Shown: positions 1 through 9,603, counted from the stretch's first letter. The stretch: DNA of 64,000 nucleotides from an uncultured Chloracidobacterium sp. (GCA_964543865.1 CAZIZR010000010.1:15111-79110); one strand, 5' to 3'. The notes: generated from the sequence alone by a model not told the origin. Numbers and translations are program-made.

Positions 1-1184
1 TAGCTACAATCAATCGTAAGGCATCGAACGGATCATATAAGTTTAATTACTTTAAAGAGAAATTAATTTTGAAAGGGCGAGACTCCATTCCTAGGCTAAT
101 CTCTATCCCAACCATAAGAGATCGAATCGTACTGAAGGCTTTAAATCTTGTCTTACAAGATGCATTTGGAGTCGCGCATGCAAACGTTCTTGTCCATCAA
201 ATTATTAACGATCTGAAGAAGGAACTGGCCTCGGGCAAGTATACTCATTTTATTAAACTAGACGTTCAAAATTATTATCCGTCCATCAATCATGCAATCC
301 TGCAAAAAAAGTTACGAGCCCGGATAAGAACTCCGGAAATCAATTCATTAATCTCTAAAGCACTTATGAAGCAAACGGTTGTACACCCAAACGACCGTCA
401 TCCGCACAATCAACGGGGCATTCCTCAAGGCTTGTCAATTTCTAATCTGCTGGCGAACATATATTTACTTGGATTCGACAACTATCAGAAAAAGCAACCG
501 CATTATCGCTACTTTCGATACGTTGACGATATTCTGATACTCTGCTCTCAACCGGATGTTGTTTCCATTACGACCACCCTGACGAGGTCCTTAAAAAAAC
601 TTGATCTTGATATTCATCCACACAAATCGGAGAATGGCGATTTAACCCAGTCCATATCGTATCTCGGATACGTCACAACACCTCACGGGCTATCTGTTCG
701 CAAAAAGTCGATTGAAAAGATCAAGCTTTCCATTCTCAAATCGATCGTCCAATTTCACTATTCGAAGCGAAAAAATTACGAAGCATTGAATTGGCATTTA
801 AATCTGCGTATTACTGGCTGTAGATTTGACGACCGTAAATACGGCTGGCTATTTTTCTTTTCACAGATAGATGACCTCTCTCTCTTGTTTCATCTTGATA
901 GTTACGTTCAAGAAGTGTGTTTGAGATACGGACTGGATTTTTCTATGCTAAAAATTAAGCGGTTCGTTCGTACCTATCATGAGATTACCAAGAATCTCAC
1001 GGGGACAAAGTACATACCCAATTTTGACGATTTTGATTTAACGGAGAGAAGAAAAACACTATTCAGTATTTTTAATATTAAGGACGTGGCTGCCTTAAAT
1101 GATGATGAACTCGAACGCCGATTTCGACGCGTCATTTTTAGATCCGTACGAGATCTGGAACGCGATATTAGTCGCGGCTCCTAA
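1..1184 (+). CDS. Reverse transcriptase (RNA-directed DNA polymerase), 5' end cut by the window edge. Stand-alone prokaryotic RT of unresolved class (retron/Abi/UG-DRT-like).
   Basis: The frame of ORF 69..1184 stays open back to nt 3. RT motifs occur in order: PTIRDRIVLKAL, KLDVQNYYPSI, GIPQGLSISNLLANIYL, RYVDDILIL (YxDD), HPHKS, ISYLGY. About 170 aa of non-RT C-terminal region follow. Composition is AT-rich, unlike the neighbours. Confidence 0.8.
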   Translation, partial: ATINRKASNGSYKFNYFKEKLILKGRDSIPRLISIPTIRDRIVLKALNLVLQDAFGVAHANVLVHQIINDLKKELASGKYTHFIKLDVQNYYPSINHAILQKKLRARIRTPEINSLISKALMKQTVVHPNDRHPHNQRGIPQGLSISNLLANIYLLGFDNYQKKQPHYRYFRYVDDILILCSQPDVVSITTTLTRSLKKLDLDIHPHKSENGDLTQSISYLGYVTTPHGLSVRKKSIEKIKLSILKSIVQFHYSKRKNYEALNWHLNLRITGCRFDDRKYGWLFFFSQIDDLSLLFHLDSYVQEVCLRYGLDFSMLKIKRFVRTYHEITKNLTGTKYIPNFDDFDLTERRKTLFSIFNIKDVAALNDDELERRFRRVIFRSVRDLERDISRGS

Positions 1185-1209
1185 CCTGCGATTCTCTGCC
1201 TTTTTGCCC

Positions 1210-1563
1210 TTAAATAAAAATATCCACCGGCAATCGAAATCGCTCGGATAATCGGCGGGCTTGGGCTTTGCTGATCTCGCGTTTGCCGTTTAGGACCTGC
1301 GACACAACGCCCTGCGATCCGAAAACATCGAGCATATCGGTTTGTTTCAGTTCATGCTCTTCCATAAGTGAACGAAGGATGTCAGATGGCACAACAGATT
1401 CACCCATCGGATAGGCTTTATCTTCAAAATCTTCGATAAGGGTTACAAGCAGGTCTAGCTGCCGCGCTTCTTCGGACGAACGCATTTCTCCCTTTTTCAT
1501 CAGGCCTAGGACAATCTCCAACGCACGATCATTTTCTTCCTCTGTTTTAATAACCTCGAACAT
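1210..1563 (-). CDS. HigA-family HTH antitoxin (COG5499-like transcriptional regulator)
   Basis: 117 aa. N-terminal part IKTEEENDRALEIVLGLM...LDLLVTLIEDFEDKAYPMG and C-terminal HTH LKQTDMLDVFGSQGVVSQVLNGKREISKAQARRLSERF match the typical HigA/COG5499 layout. Confidence 0.7.
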   Translation of the reverse strand: MFEVIKTEEENDRALEIVLGLMKKGEMRSSEEARQLDLLVTLIEDFEDKAYPMGESVVPSDILRSLMEEHELKQTDMLDVFGSQGVVSQVLNGKREISKAQARRLSERFRLPVDIFI

Positions 1564-1608
1564 GAGTAAATAATAAACTAGGTTTCAACATCCCTAAAGC
1601 GAATTCGC

Positions 1609-1980
1609 CTACTTCCTCACCGCCCGTGTTGCTCGCAGGTCTAGCGACAGGATGCCTTTTTCGTCAAACTCAGCTTTGCAGGCCGTGGTTTGGGGAATGA
1701 AAATGCCGTAATACCGGCAAAATCTGTTCGCCCGAATGACCCGATGCCGTCCGTTTGATTTTTCGAAGAGCCTAAATGCGTTCGGCGTCCTCTCCTTGAC
1801 GGGCACGATGCCGATCAGGCCGTTCCAGCGGTCGTATAGCAGCACGGCCCAGTCAAAATTCTTAAACCGCTCGGCCGCCGTCGCCCCGATCATGATCTCG
1901 CCCTTTTCGTTCAGCGTCACGTGTATCTCTTCGCGTCGATTCTCCGGCCCGAGAGCAAACTCTTCCCAGTTATTAAACAT
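1609..1980 (-). CDS. Hypothetical 123-aa protein, encoded immediately upstream of the HigA-like gene (toxin position). Not recognisably HigB/RelE.
   Basis: ORF lies 45 nt upstream of the antitoxin on the same strand. I recognised no family motif. Two loosely similar halves (HVTLNEKGEIMIG / HRVIRANRFCRYYGI). Confidence 0.4.
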   Translation of the reverse strand: MFNNWEEFALGPENRREEIHVTLNEKGEIMIGATAAERFKNFDWAVLLYDRWNGLIGIVPVKERTPNAFRLFEKSNGRHRVIRANRFCRYYGIFIPQTTACKAEFDEKGILSLDLRATRAVRK

Positions 1981-2230
1981 ATCTTTGGATGAATATATGT
2001 ATCATCTTTGCAACATTCTGTCAAGTATGCGATTACGATAATCGATGCAGCGGCACGGTGAAAACGGAGATTCCCGCAAAAACGGGTGAAACGGCGGAGT
2101 GGAGGATCACGGGTGAAAATCTCTCGTTTGTCCCGAAACGACTCGCACAAACCTCCGATGCGGCCGTTATTGTCGATTTGACACGCTCACAAACCATCTT
2201 TTTTCATGCAAATGTCGCTGAGTGACATCT

Positions 2231-2444
2231 AGCCCGCGGAGCGGGTGTCGGCATATAGCCACGGGTGTAAACCCGTGGTATGTCCATAAAAAGATGGTCA
2301 GGCTATCGTAGATAGCGACAGTTCCCCACATTGCACTCCAAAAACGGTCCACTGTCGCCTGCTACGCAGGCTCATACAATTTATGCTTGTATCTTCCCAC
2401 GGGTTTGCACCCGTGGCTTTACGCTATCGCCCGCTAGGCGGGCT
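2231..2444. mobile_element. MITE-like element with ~48 bp terminal inverted repeats made of two hairpins each
   Basis: Left arm 2231..2278 is agcccgcggagcgggtgtcggcatatagccacgggtgtaaacccgtgg. The reverse complement of right arm 2397..2444 is agcccgcctagcgggcgatagcgtaaagccacgggtgcaaacccgtgg. The interior holds three further short hairpins (gctatcGTAgatagc, gcgacag..ctgtcgc, gcctgcTACgcaggc). Confidence 0.5.
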
Positions 2445-2498
2445 TGATTTTTGTGCCTCAACTTTCAATTTTCCATTTTTCCCTTTATTCTTAATTAA

Positions 2499-4379
<1,881 letters not shown>

Positions 4380-4455
4380 CGTAACGCGATTTAGCGAACA
4401 TCGCGTCGCAAGCTTTCGTATTGTTTAAGGATTTGGCAAACTCTGTTCATATTTG

Positions 4456-5379
4456 ATGAAACGTAATTTTTTGCCGCGACAATTGAAACCCTTGCCCATC
4501 ATACTGGCGATCCTGCTCGCCGGACTAACGGCGTTTTCCCAAGAAAACCAGCCATGGTCGCAAAATACTTCGCCGCTGCCGCCGCCGACCGGTTTTGTCA
4601 ACGATTACGCCGGCGTTATCGACCCGGCGACCAAACAGCAGCTCGAAACCAAGCTCAAAAATCTCAAAGACACAACAAACCCGTCCGTCGAGATAGCCAT
4701 TGCAGTCGTCAAAACGACCGGCGAACGGGCAATTTTCGACTATTCCCTCGCCGTCGCCCGCGGCTGGAAAATTGGAACTGTTGATGACGATAACCCAAGC
4801 GCTCTACTCTTTATCGCTATCGACGACCGCAAATATTTCACACAGGTCAGCAAAGATCTCGAAGACGAGCTACCCGACGGCGTCGTTGGTGGTTTACAGC
4901 GACAATTCCTCGTGCCGGAGTTCAAAAAGGGCAACTACGCCAAGGGCATCAATGACACCATCGACGCCTACATCGCAACCATCCGCGACAAAGGCAATAC
5001 GGCCGGCAAAGCGAATACAGCAAAACCCACTGGCACGGACAGTGGTTCCGGTGGTGCGTTTTTTGGAATATTCTGCTGTGCGGGAATAATTCTGATCGTG
5101 GTCGTTATACTGATAGCCTCACGCGGCAACAAAGGCGGCCCATCCGCCGGTGACCGCAACCGCTGGGGCGGCGGCGGATTTGGCGGCAATCGTAGTAACG
5201 ATGATGTCGCCGGGAACATCGCGTCGGCAGTCATAGGCGGTATTATCGGCTCTGCGCTGTCGGGTGGTAGCTCCTCGAGTTCGTCCAGTGATTGGGGCAG
5301 TTCATCCGGCGGAAGCGATTTTGGCGGCTTCTCTGGCGGAGGTGATTTTGGAGGTGGAGGTTCGGGAGGAGATTGGTAA
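4456..5379 (+). CDS. TPM-domain protein (YgcG-like) with TM segment and Gly/Ser-rich tail
   Basis: Signal peptide, then TGFVNDYAGVIDPATKQQLETKL..., ALLFIAIDDRKYFTQVSKDLEDELPD, then a TM helix and a GGSGGDW-type low-complexity tail. Confidence 0.8.
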   Translation: MKRNFLPRQLKPLPIILAILLAGLTAFSQENQPWSQNTSPLPPPTGFVNDYAGVIDPATKQQLETKLKNLKDTTNPSVEIAIAVVKTTGERAIFDYSLAVARGWKIGTVDDDNPSALLFIAIDDRKYFTQVSKDLEDELPDGVVGGLQRQFLVPEFKKGNYAKGINDTIDAYIATIRDKGNTAGKANTAKPTGTDSGSGGAFFGIFCCAGIILIVVVILIASRGNKGGPSAGDRNRWGGGGFGGNRSNDDVAGNIASAVIGGIIGSALSGGSSSSSSSDWGSSSGGSDFGGFSGGGDFGGGGSGGDW

Positions 5380-5380
5380 T

Positions 5381-6097
5381 ATGAACCATTATTTCGCTGA
5401 TTTTATTGACGATCTGCGGTCAACGCACCGTGAAAATCTTGTGTCTGTTGTGCTTTACGGCTCGGCGGCTGCGGGTGATTTTGTGCCCCGCCAATCGGAT
5501 TACAACATACTCGTCGCGTTAAAAAAGATCGGCCCCGCGGATCTCAGAAATGCACAGGCCTGCATCCGCGAATGGACGCGGCTCGGCAACCCGGTTCCGG
5601 TTTATTTTACCGAATCCGAACTGCAAAATGCGGCTGATGTATTCCCGATCGAATTTCACCAAATGACTGTCGCACACAAGGTTTTGTTTGGCCCCGACGT
5701 GCTTGCGGGGCTCGAAATATCGGACAAGTTTTTGCGGCTGCAAACCGAATACGAACTTCGCAGCAAGCTGATACAGCTTCGCCGGCAATATATCCCTGCG
5801 TCGGCTTCGGTCGATGGATTGAAACGGCTAATGGCGGAAAGCCTGTCGAGTTTTGCGGCATTGTTTCGAGCCGTGCTTATTATCAACGGCCAGACGCCGC
5901 CCGCGACCAAGCCGGAGATCGTCGCCCTGACTGTCAAACATCTACAGATCGATGGAGCGTCGTTTGAAAAGATCTTTGATATTCGCGAGAATAGTGAAAC
6001 CGTGAAATTGGATGAAACCTCCGCCAACGCGCTTTTTGGCGAGTATATGGAGCAGATCGAACAAGTTATTAACGCGGTCGATGCCGCCGGAAAATAG
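5381..6097 (+). CDS. Nucleotidyltransferase-domain protein (Pol-beta-like minimal NTase with helical C-terminal domain)
   Basis: ATG at 5381 lies just after the TPM stop. Motif VVLYGSAAAGDFVPRQSDYNILV (GS...D.D). Confidence 0.65.
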   Translation: MNHYFADFIDDLRSTHRENLVSVVLYGSAAAGDFVPRQSDYNILVALKKIGPADLRNAQACIREWTRLGNPVPVYFTESELQNAADVFPIEFHQMTVAHKVLFGPDVLAGLEISDKFLRLQTEYELRSKLIQLRRQYIPASASVDGLKRLMAESLSSFAALFRAVLIINGQTPPATKPEIVALTVKHLQIDGASFEKIFDIRENSETVKLDETSANALFGEYMEQIEQVINAVDAAGK

Positions 6098-6107
6098 GAG
6101 AATTAAT

Positions 6108-6767
6108 ATGAGAAGAGCAATTTTACTTACCGTAGTATTGATCGCCGCATTTGGTCTGAGCGGATGTAGCTACAACGACCTGACCGCCAAACAGCAGCAG
6201 GTTAAAGGCAAATGGGCCAACGTCGAGAGCTCAATGCAGCGTCGTGCCGACCTGATACCAAACTCGGCTGAGATCGCTAAAATGACCGCTATTCAGGAGC
6301 AGGAAGTTTTTGGCCAGATCGCTGATGCCCGTTCGAAGCTGTTGAACGCCCAGCAAGCCGCACCCGCCGGAACCGGTGGCGACAAATCACCCGAGCAAAA
6401 ACAGGCGATCATCGAAGCCAACAATAGCTTTGGCGGGACGATCGGTCGATTGTTAAGTTTGCAGGAAAATTATCCACAGCTTCGCTCGAACGAAGCATTT
6501 ATGAAATTGCAGGACGAGCTTGCCGGAACCGAAAACCGCATCAACACGGCTCGCCTCGACTTTAACGATGCCGTCACGAGTTACAACACGACCCGCAATT
6601 CGTTCCCTGCTGTCCTAACCGCAGGATTGCTCGGATTCAAAGAAGAGCCGTTTTTCCAAGCGGATGAGAAAGGAAAGACCGTGCCAAATGTGGGCGATGC
6701 CAATTCGATCCGAAAACCGGCAACTGCTCCGGCCGCTCCGGCTAACGCCGCACCTGCGAATAAGTAG
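6108..6767 (+). CDS. lemA: LemA family protein
   Basis: N-terminal lipobox/TM (LSGCSYN), KWANVESSMQRRADLIPN, LQENYPQLRSNEAFMKLQDELAGTENRINTARLDFNDAV. Confidence 0.85.
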   Translation: MRRAILLTVVLIAAFGLSGCSYNDLTAKQQQVKGKWANVESSMQRRADLIPNSAEIAKMTAIQEQEVFGQIADARSKLLNAQQAAPAGTGGDKSPEQKQAIIEANNSFGGTIGRLLSLQENYPQLRSNEAFMKLQDELAGTENRINTARLDFNDAVTSYNTTRNSFPAVLTAGLLGFKEEPFFQADEKGKTVPNVGDANSIRKPATAPAAPANAAPANK

Positions 6768-7034
6768 TTAGAAGCCGCGGGAATTACACATTGAACAGTG
6801 GTCACAAGGCTTGCCGGGCTCAAACTGGCAAGCCTTTTCTTTGAATTCAGCTCCAAAGATCGAATCTGCTATTGCCTCAGCAATGCTTAGTTTGTCGAGA
6901 GACGGGTGCGATGTGATCTGTTTGTGATTGGAGACACCGCTGTTTTCCAGCTTATCGAGACGATGGGTGATCTTCTCAACGGCGGCAAACAGAGCGGCTA
7001 GGTCTGTGGGATCTTTGATTTCGTTTGCTGACAT
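6768..7034 (-). CDS. Small BMC-operon protein, N-terminal amphipathic helix plus C-terminal Cys cluster
   Basis: 88 aa, starts 3 nt after the stop of the last EutN gene. DLAALFAAVEKITHRLDKLE helix. C-terminal CQFEPGKPCDHCSMC (C-x7-C-x2-C-x2-C). Confidence 0.5.
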   Translation of the reverse strand: MSANEIKDPTDLAALFAAVEKITHRLDKLENSGVSNHKQITSHPSLDKLSIAEAIADSIFGAEFKEKACQFEPGKPCDHCSMCNSRGF

Positions 7035-7037
7035 TTC

Positions 7038-7325
7038 CTAATACTTGTTTGAATCGAGCAGATCCAGATAATCAACCACACCCACAATTGCCGAATCGAT
7101 TGCCGCACCGGGCTTGCCTGTTGAGGCGGTCGATGCAGACCAGCCTTCTTGAGCAATAATAACGATGTCGCCCTCACCGGCATTGACCGAATCGAGAGCG
7201 ATACATGTGTAATCCATGTCCGCACCTTCGGGCGTGATCTGGCGGCAGAGCATCGCACGCGTCCCCTCGTAACGCTGATTTTTCTGCGTTGCGACCACGT
7301 TACCAATTACACGGGCGATAAGCAT
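7038..7325 (-). CDS. BMC pentamer vertex protein (EutN/CcmL family, BMC-P), copy 3
   Basis: MLIARVIGNVVATQKNQRYEG...ALDSVNAGEGDIVIIAQEG...AIDSAIVGVVD. Confidence 0.85.
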   Translation of the reverse strand: MLIARVIGNVVATQKNQRYEGTRAMLCRQITPEGADMDYTCIALDSVNAGEGDIVIIAQEGWSASTASTGKPGAAIDSAIVGVVDYLDLLDSNKY

Positions 7326-7373
7326 TTTGTTTCTTGCTGTTTTGTTTCACTGTGTGGGGCGAAACAAAACAGA

Positions 7374-7649
7374 CTATCCTTGAAAAACGTGGGCATCCGA
7401 ATCGATTATCCCTACGATGGTACAATCGGTCGGCGTTTCGTCGCGCTTGAACGGAAACGAGGCTTCCTTTCCTCTACACCAAAAAACCAGCTCACCCTCG
7501 CCGGCGCCGACCGCATCAAGCGCGATTGTCGGGCTACCTTTTGGCTTTAGATCGGCGTCGAGCGTCTGCACAATGAGAAATTTACGACCGTGAAGCGCTT
7601 CGTTCTTCACGGTCGAAACCACATTTCCAATTACACGTGCGATCTGCAT
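7374..7649 (-). CDS. BMC pentamer vertex protein (EutN/CcmL family, BMC-P), copy 2
   Basis: MQIARVIGNVVSTVKNEALHGRKFLIVQ...ALDAVGAGEGELV...DCTIVGIID. Confidence 0.85.
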   Translation of the reverse strand: MQIARVIGNVVSTVKNEALHGRKFLIVQTLDADLKPKGSPTIALDAVGAGEGELVFWCRGKEASFPFKRDETPTDCTIVGIIDSDAHVFQG

Positions 7650-7735
7650 GGTCAGTCTAGAAAGTCTGGTAAGCCCGGAAGTCTAGAAAGACTGTCCGGG
7701 AAAGCTTCCCAGACTTTTCAAGACTTCCTAGACTG

Positions 7736-8005
7736 TCAAGACATGTAATCTATCTCGTCAATAACCCCGATGATCGCCGAATCGACCGGGCAATCTTTAT
7801 TGCCCTCGGCAAGACGCGCGGACGAGCCACCGACGACGATCACTTTTTCGTGAAAGCCCGCCCCGACCGTATCAACGGAAACAACATAGCCGCTCTGGTC
7901 AGTGCCGTCGAGATTGATCGGCTTGACGATGAGCAGCTTTTTCCCGTGCAGGCGTTCGTCTTTTTGCGTGGACACGACAGTGCCCAATATGCGTGCGATT
8001 ATCAT
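7736..8005 (-). CDS. BMC pentamer vertex protein (EutN/CcmL family, BMC-P), copy 1
   Basis: MIIARILGTVVSTQKDERLHGKKLLIVKP...SVDTVGAGFHEKVIVVGGSSAR...PVDSAIIGVIDEID. Confidence 0.85.
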   Translation of the reverse strand: MIIARILGTVVSTQKDERLHGKKLLIVKPINLDGTDQSGYVVSVDTVGAGFHEKVIVVGGSSARLAEGNKDCPVDSAIIGVIDEIDYMS

Positions 8006-8069
8006 GGCTCGTGAATAGTAAATCGTGAATAGTAAGATTGTCTCTTATCTATTTACGATTCACTACTTA

Positions 8070-8348
8070 CTATTTCCTAACTACCGGAAGCGTTTCATCA
8101 ACGCTTGCGTGCGGACGCGGGATGACGTGGACGCTGACAAGCTCGCCAACACGGCGTGCTGCAGCGGCTCCGGCATCGGTCGCAGCCTTAACCGCGGCAA
8201 CGTCACCTCGAACGATTGCTGTGACAAATCCGGCGCCGATCTTCTCGTAGGATACGAGCTGTACGTTCGCCGCTTTGACCATCGCGTCCGCAGCCTCGAT
8301 AGTCGCCACGAGTCCCTTGGTTTCAACCATTCCTAATGCTTCTTGCAT
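8070..8348 (-). CDS. BMC hexamer shell protein (PduA/EutM-type, BMC-H)
   Basis: [30 protein letters not shown]...[25 protein letters not shown]...VHVIPRPH. Confidence 0.9.
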   Translation of the reverse strand: MQEALGMVETKGLVATIEAADAMVKAANVQLVSYEKIGAGFVTAIVRGDVAAVKAATDAGAAAARRVGELVSVHVIPRPHASVDETLPVVRK

Positions 8349-8395
8349 TTATTTGCTCCTGGTTCGTCTAATAGAATTACTAAAGTTTTGTTAGT

Positions 8396-9196
8396 TTAAC
8401 CCAACTTGGCCGCTTGGCTCAAAAGCTCGATCAACTCTTCGCGTGTAAATGAGATCTTTTTGCCGTTAGATTCGCCCTGAACGGGGTAATTTACGTCTAG
8501 ATCACAGGCAATATCGTTTTCATGCAGATATCCGCAAGCCTGACAACGGGCATTTTCACCGAGAAATCCTGCCTTTTCTCTGAGTTTTATCAACTTGCCG
8601 ATAGCCTCTTTTGGAATGTCATTCGCTCCACCTAAGGCTTTGGCGAGTATCGCGATCTTAGCGGTATGTTCAAGCGTCTCAAGCCGGTCATACGCCTGCC
8701 ACAGATGTTCGCCGTAAGCCACCGCTCCGTGATTAGCCATCAACAATGCATTGTGGTGCGGCACAAAAGGCTTCATCGCCTCGGTCAATTCGTCGGTCGA
8801 TGGGGTTCCGTAATCTGTCAGCGGAACACATCCGAGCGTTAAAACAACTTCTGACAATATCGGTTGGTCTATTGCGAGGCCCGCCACCGCAAATGCCGTC
8901 CCATGCGCCGGATGTGCGTGACAGACAGCGTGAATATCAGGCCGCATCTTGTAAATGAGCAGATGCATCGCTAGCTCTGACGATGCCCGCTTGTCGTTGA
9001 GCGGCTTGCCCTCCATATCGGTCAAGGCAAGACAATCCTCGGTCATTCGCCCTTTCGAGGTCATCGTCGGCGTGGCAAGCACCGTATTTTCATCCAACCG
9101 GATACTGACGTTGCCATCAAACGCGACAACATAGCTGCGTTCGTAAAGCAGCTTGCCGACCTCGACAATAAGTTTTCGAGCGGAGGATTCGTCCAT
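8396..9196 (-). CDS. Class II aldolase/adducin-family protein (fuculose/rhamnulose-phosphate aldolase-like) with ~55 aa C-terminal extension
   Basis: GNVSIR, metal-binding histidines in HAVCHAHPAHGTAF and NHGAVAYG. Extra tail LGENARCQACGYLHENDIAC...FTREELIELLSQAAKLG. Confidence 0.85.
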   Translation of the reverse strand: MDESSARKLIVEVGKLLYERSYVVAFDGNVSIRLDENTVLATPTMTSKGRMTEDCLALTDMEGKPLNDKRASSELAMHLLIYKMRPDIHAVCHAHPAHGTAFAVAGLAIDQPILSEVVLTLGCVPLTDYGTPSTDELTEAMKPFVPHHNALLMANHGAVAYGEHLWQAYDRLETLEHTAKIAILAKALGGANDIPKEAIGKLIKLREKAGFLGENARCQACGYLHENDIACDLDVNYPVQGESNGKKISFTREELIELLSQAAKLG

Positions 9197-9270
9197 AAAA
9201 AAAGGAATCCACAGATTAACACATCCTTTCGGATAGCGTTAACCTGTGGCTAGTCAATGCTAACAAAAAT

Positions 9271-9603
9271 CTATTTTTGTGCTTTCGGGGTCAATGGAAC
9301 ATCAAAGACTCGTAGCTCACACTCATCATCGCCCGGATGTTTGTCGCCATGGCTCATTTTCTTGTTGCCAAGTTGTTCTTGGAGGCGAAGGTTCTCGTTT
9401 CTCAACTCCTGATTCTCGATTCGTAACCGATTCATCTCGTGATGACGCCTAGCTCGAAAACCGCCAAACCTCGGCCGATTGAGATCCACAAAAAAACTGG
9501 TAATAAACACTGCGACCGCAAACGCCGCAACAAAAGGCAATGCCCGTGTGATAAAACCTTTACTACTAGACCAATTCATCTTAACAAAAACTCCTGATAC
9601 CAC
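9271..9603 (-). CDS. Hypothetical membrane-anchored coiled-coil protein
   Basis: One TM helix (LPFVAAFAVAVFITSFFV) followed by LRIENQELRNENLRLQEQL. No family recognised. Confidence 0.4.
   Translation of the reverse strand: MVSGVFVKMNWSSSKGFITRALPFVAAFAVAVFITSFFVDLNRPRFGGFRARRHHEMNRLRIENQELRNENLRLQEQLGNKKMSHGDKHPGDDECELRVFDVPLTPKAQK

Noticed and set aside
1981-2498. Possible SRP (4.5S/ffs) RNA, which often lies upstream of dnaX
   Set aside because: No GGAA tetraloop or conserved AGCAGC/GUCAGGUCC-type domain IV motif on either strand. The structured part is explained by a TIR-bounded repeat element.
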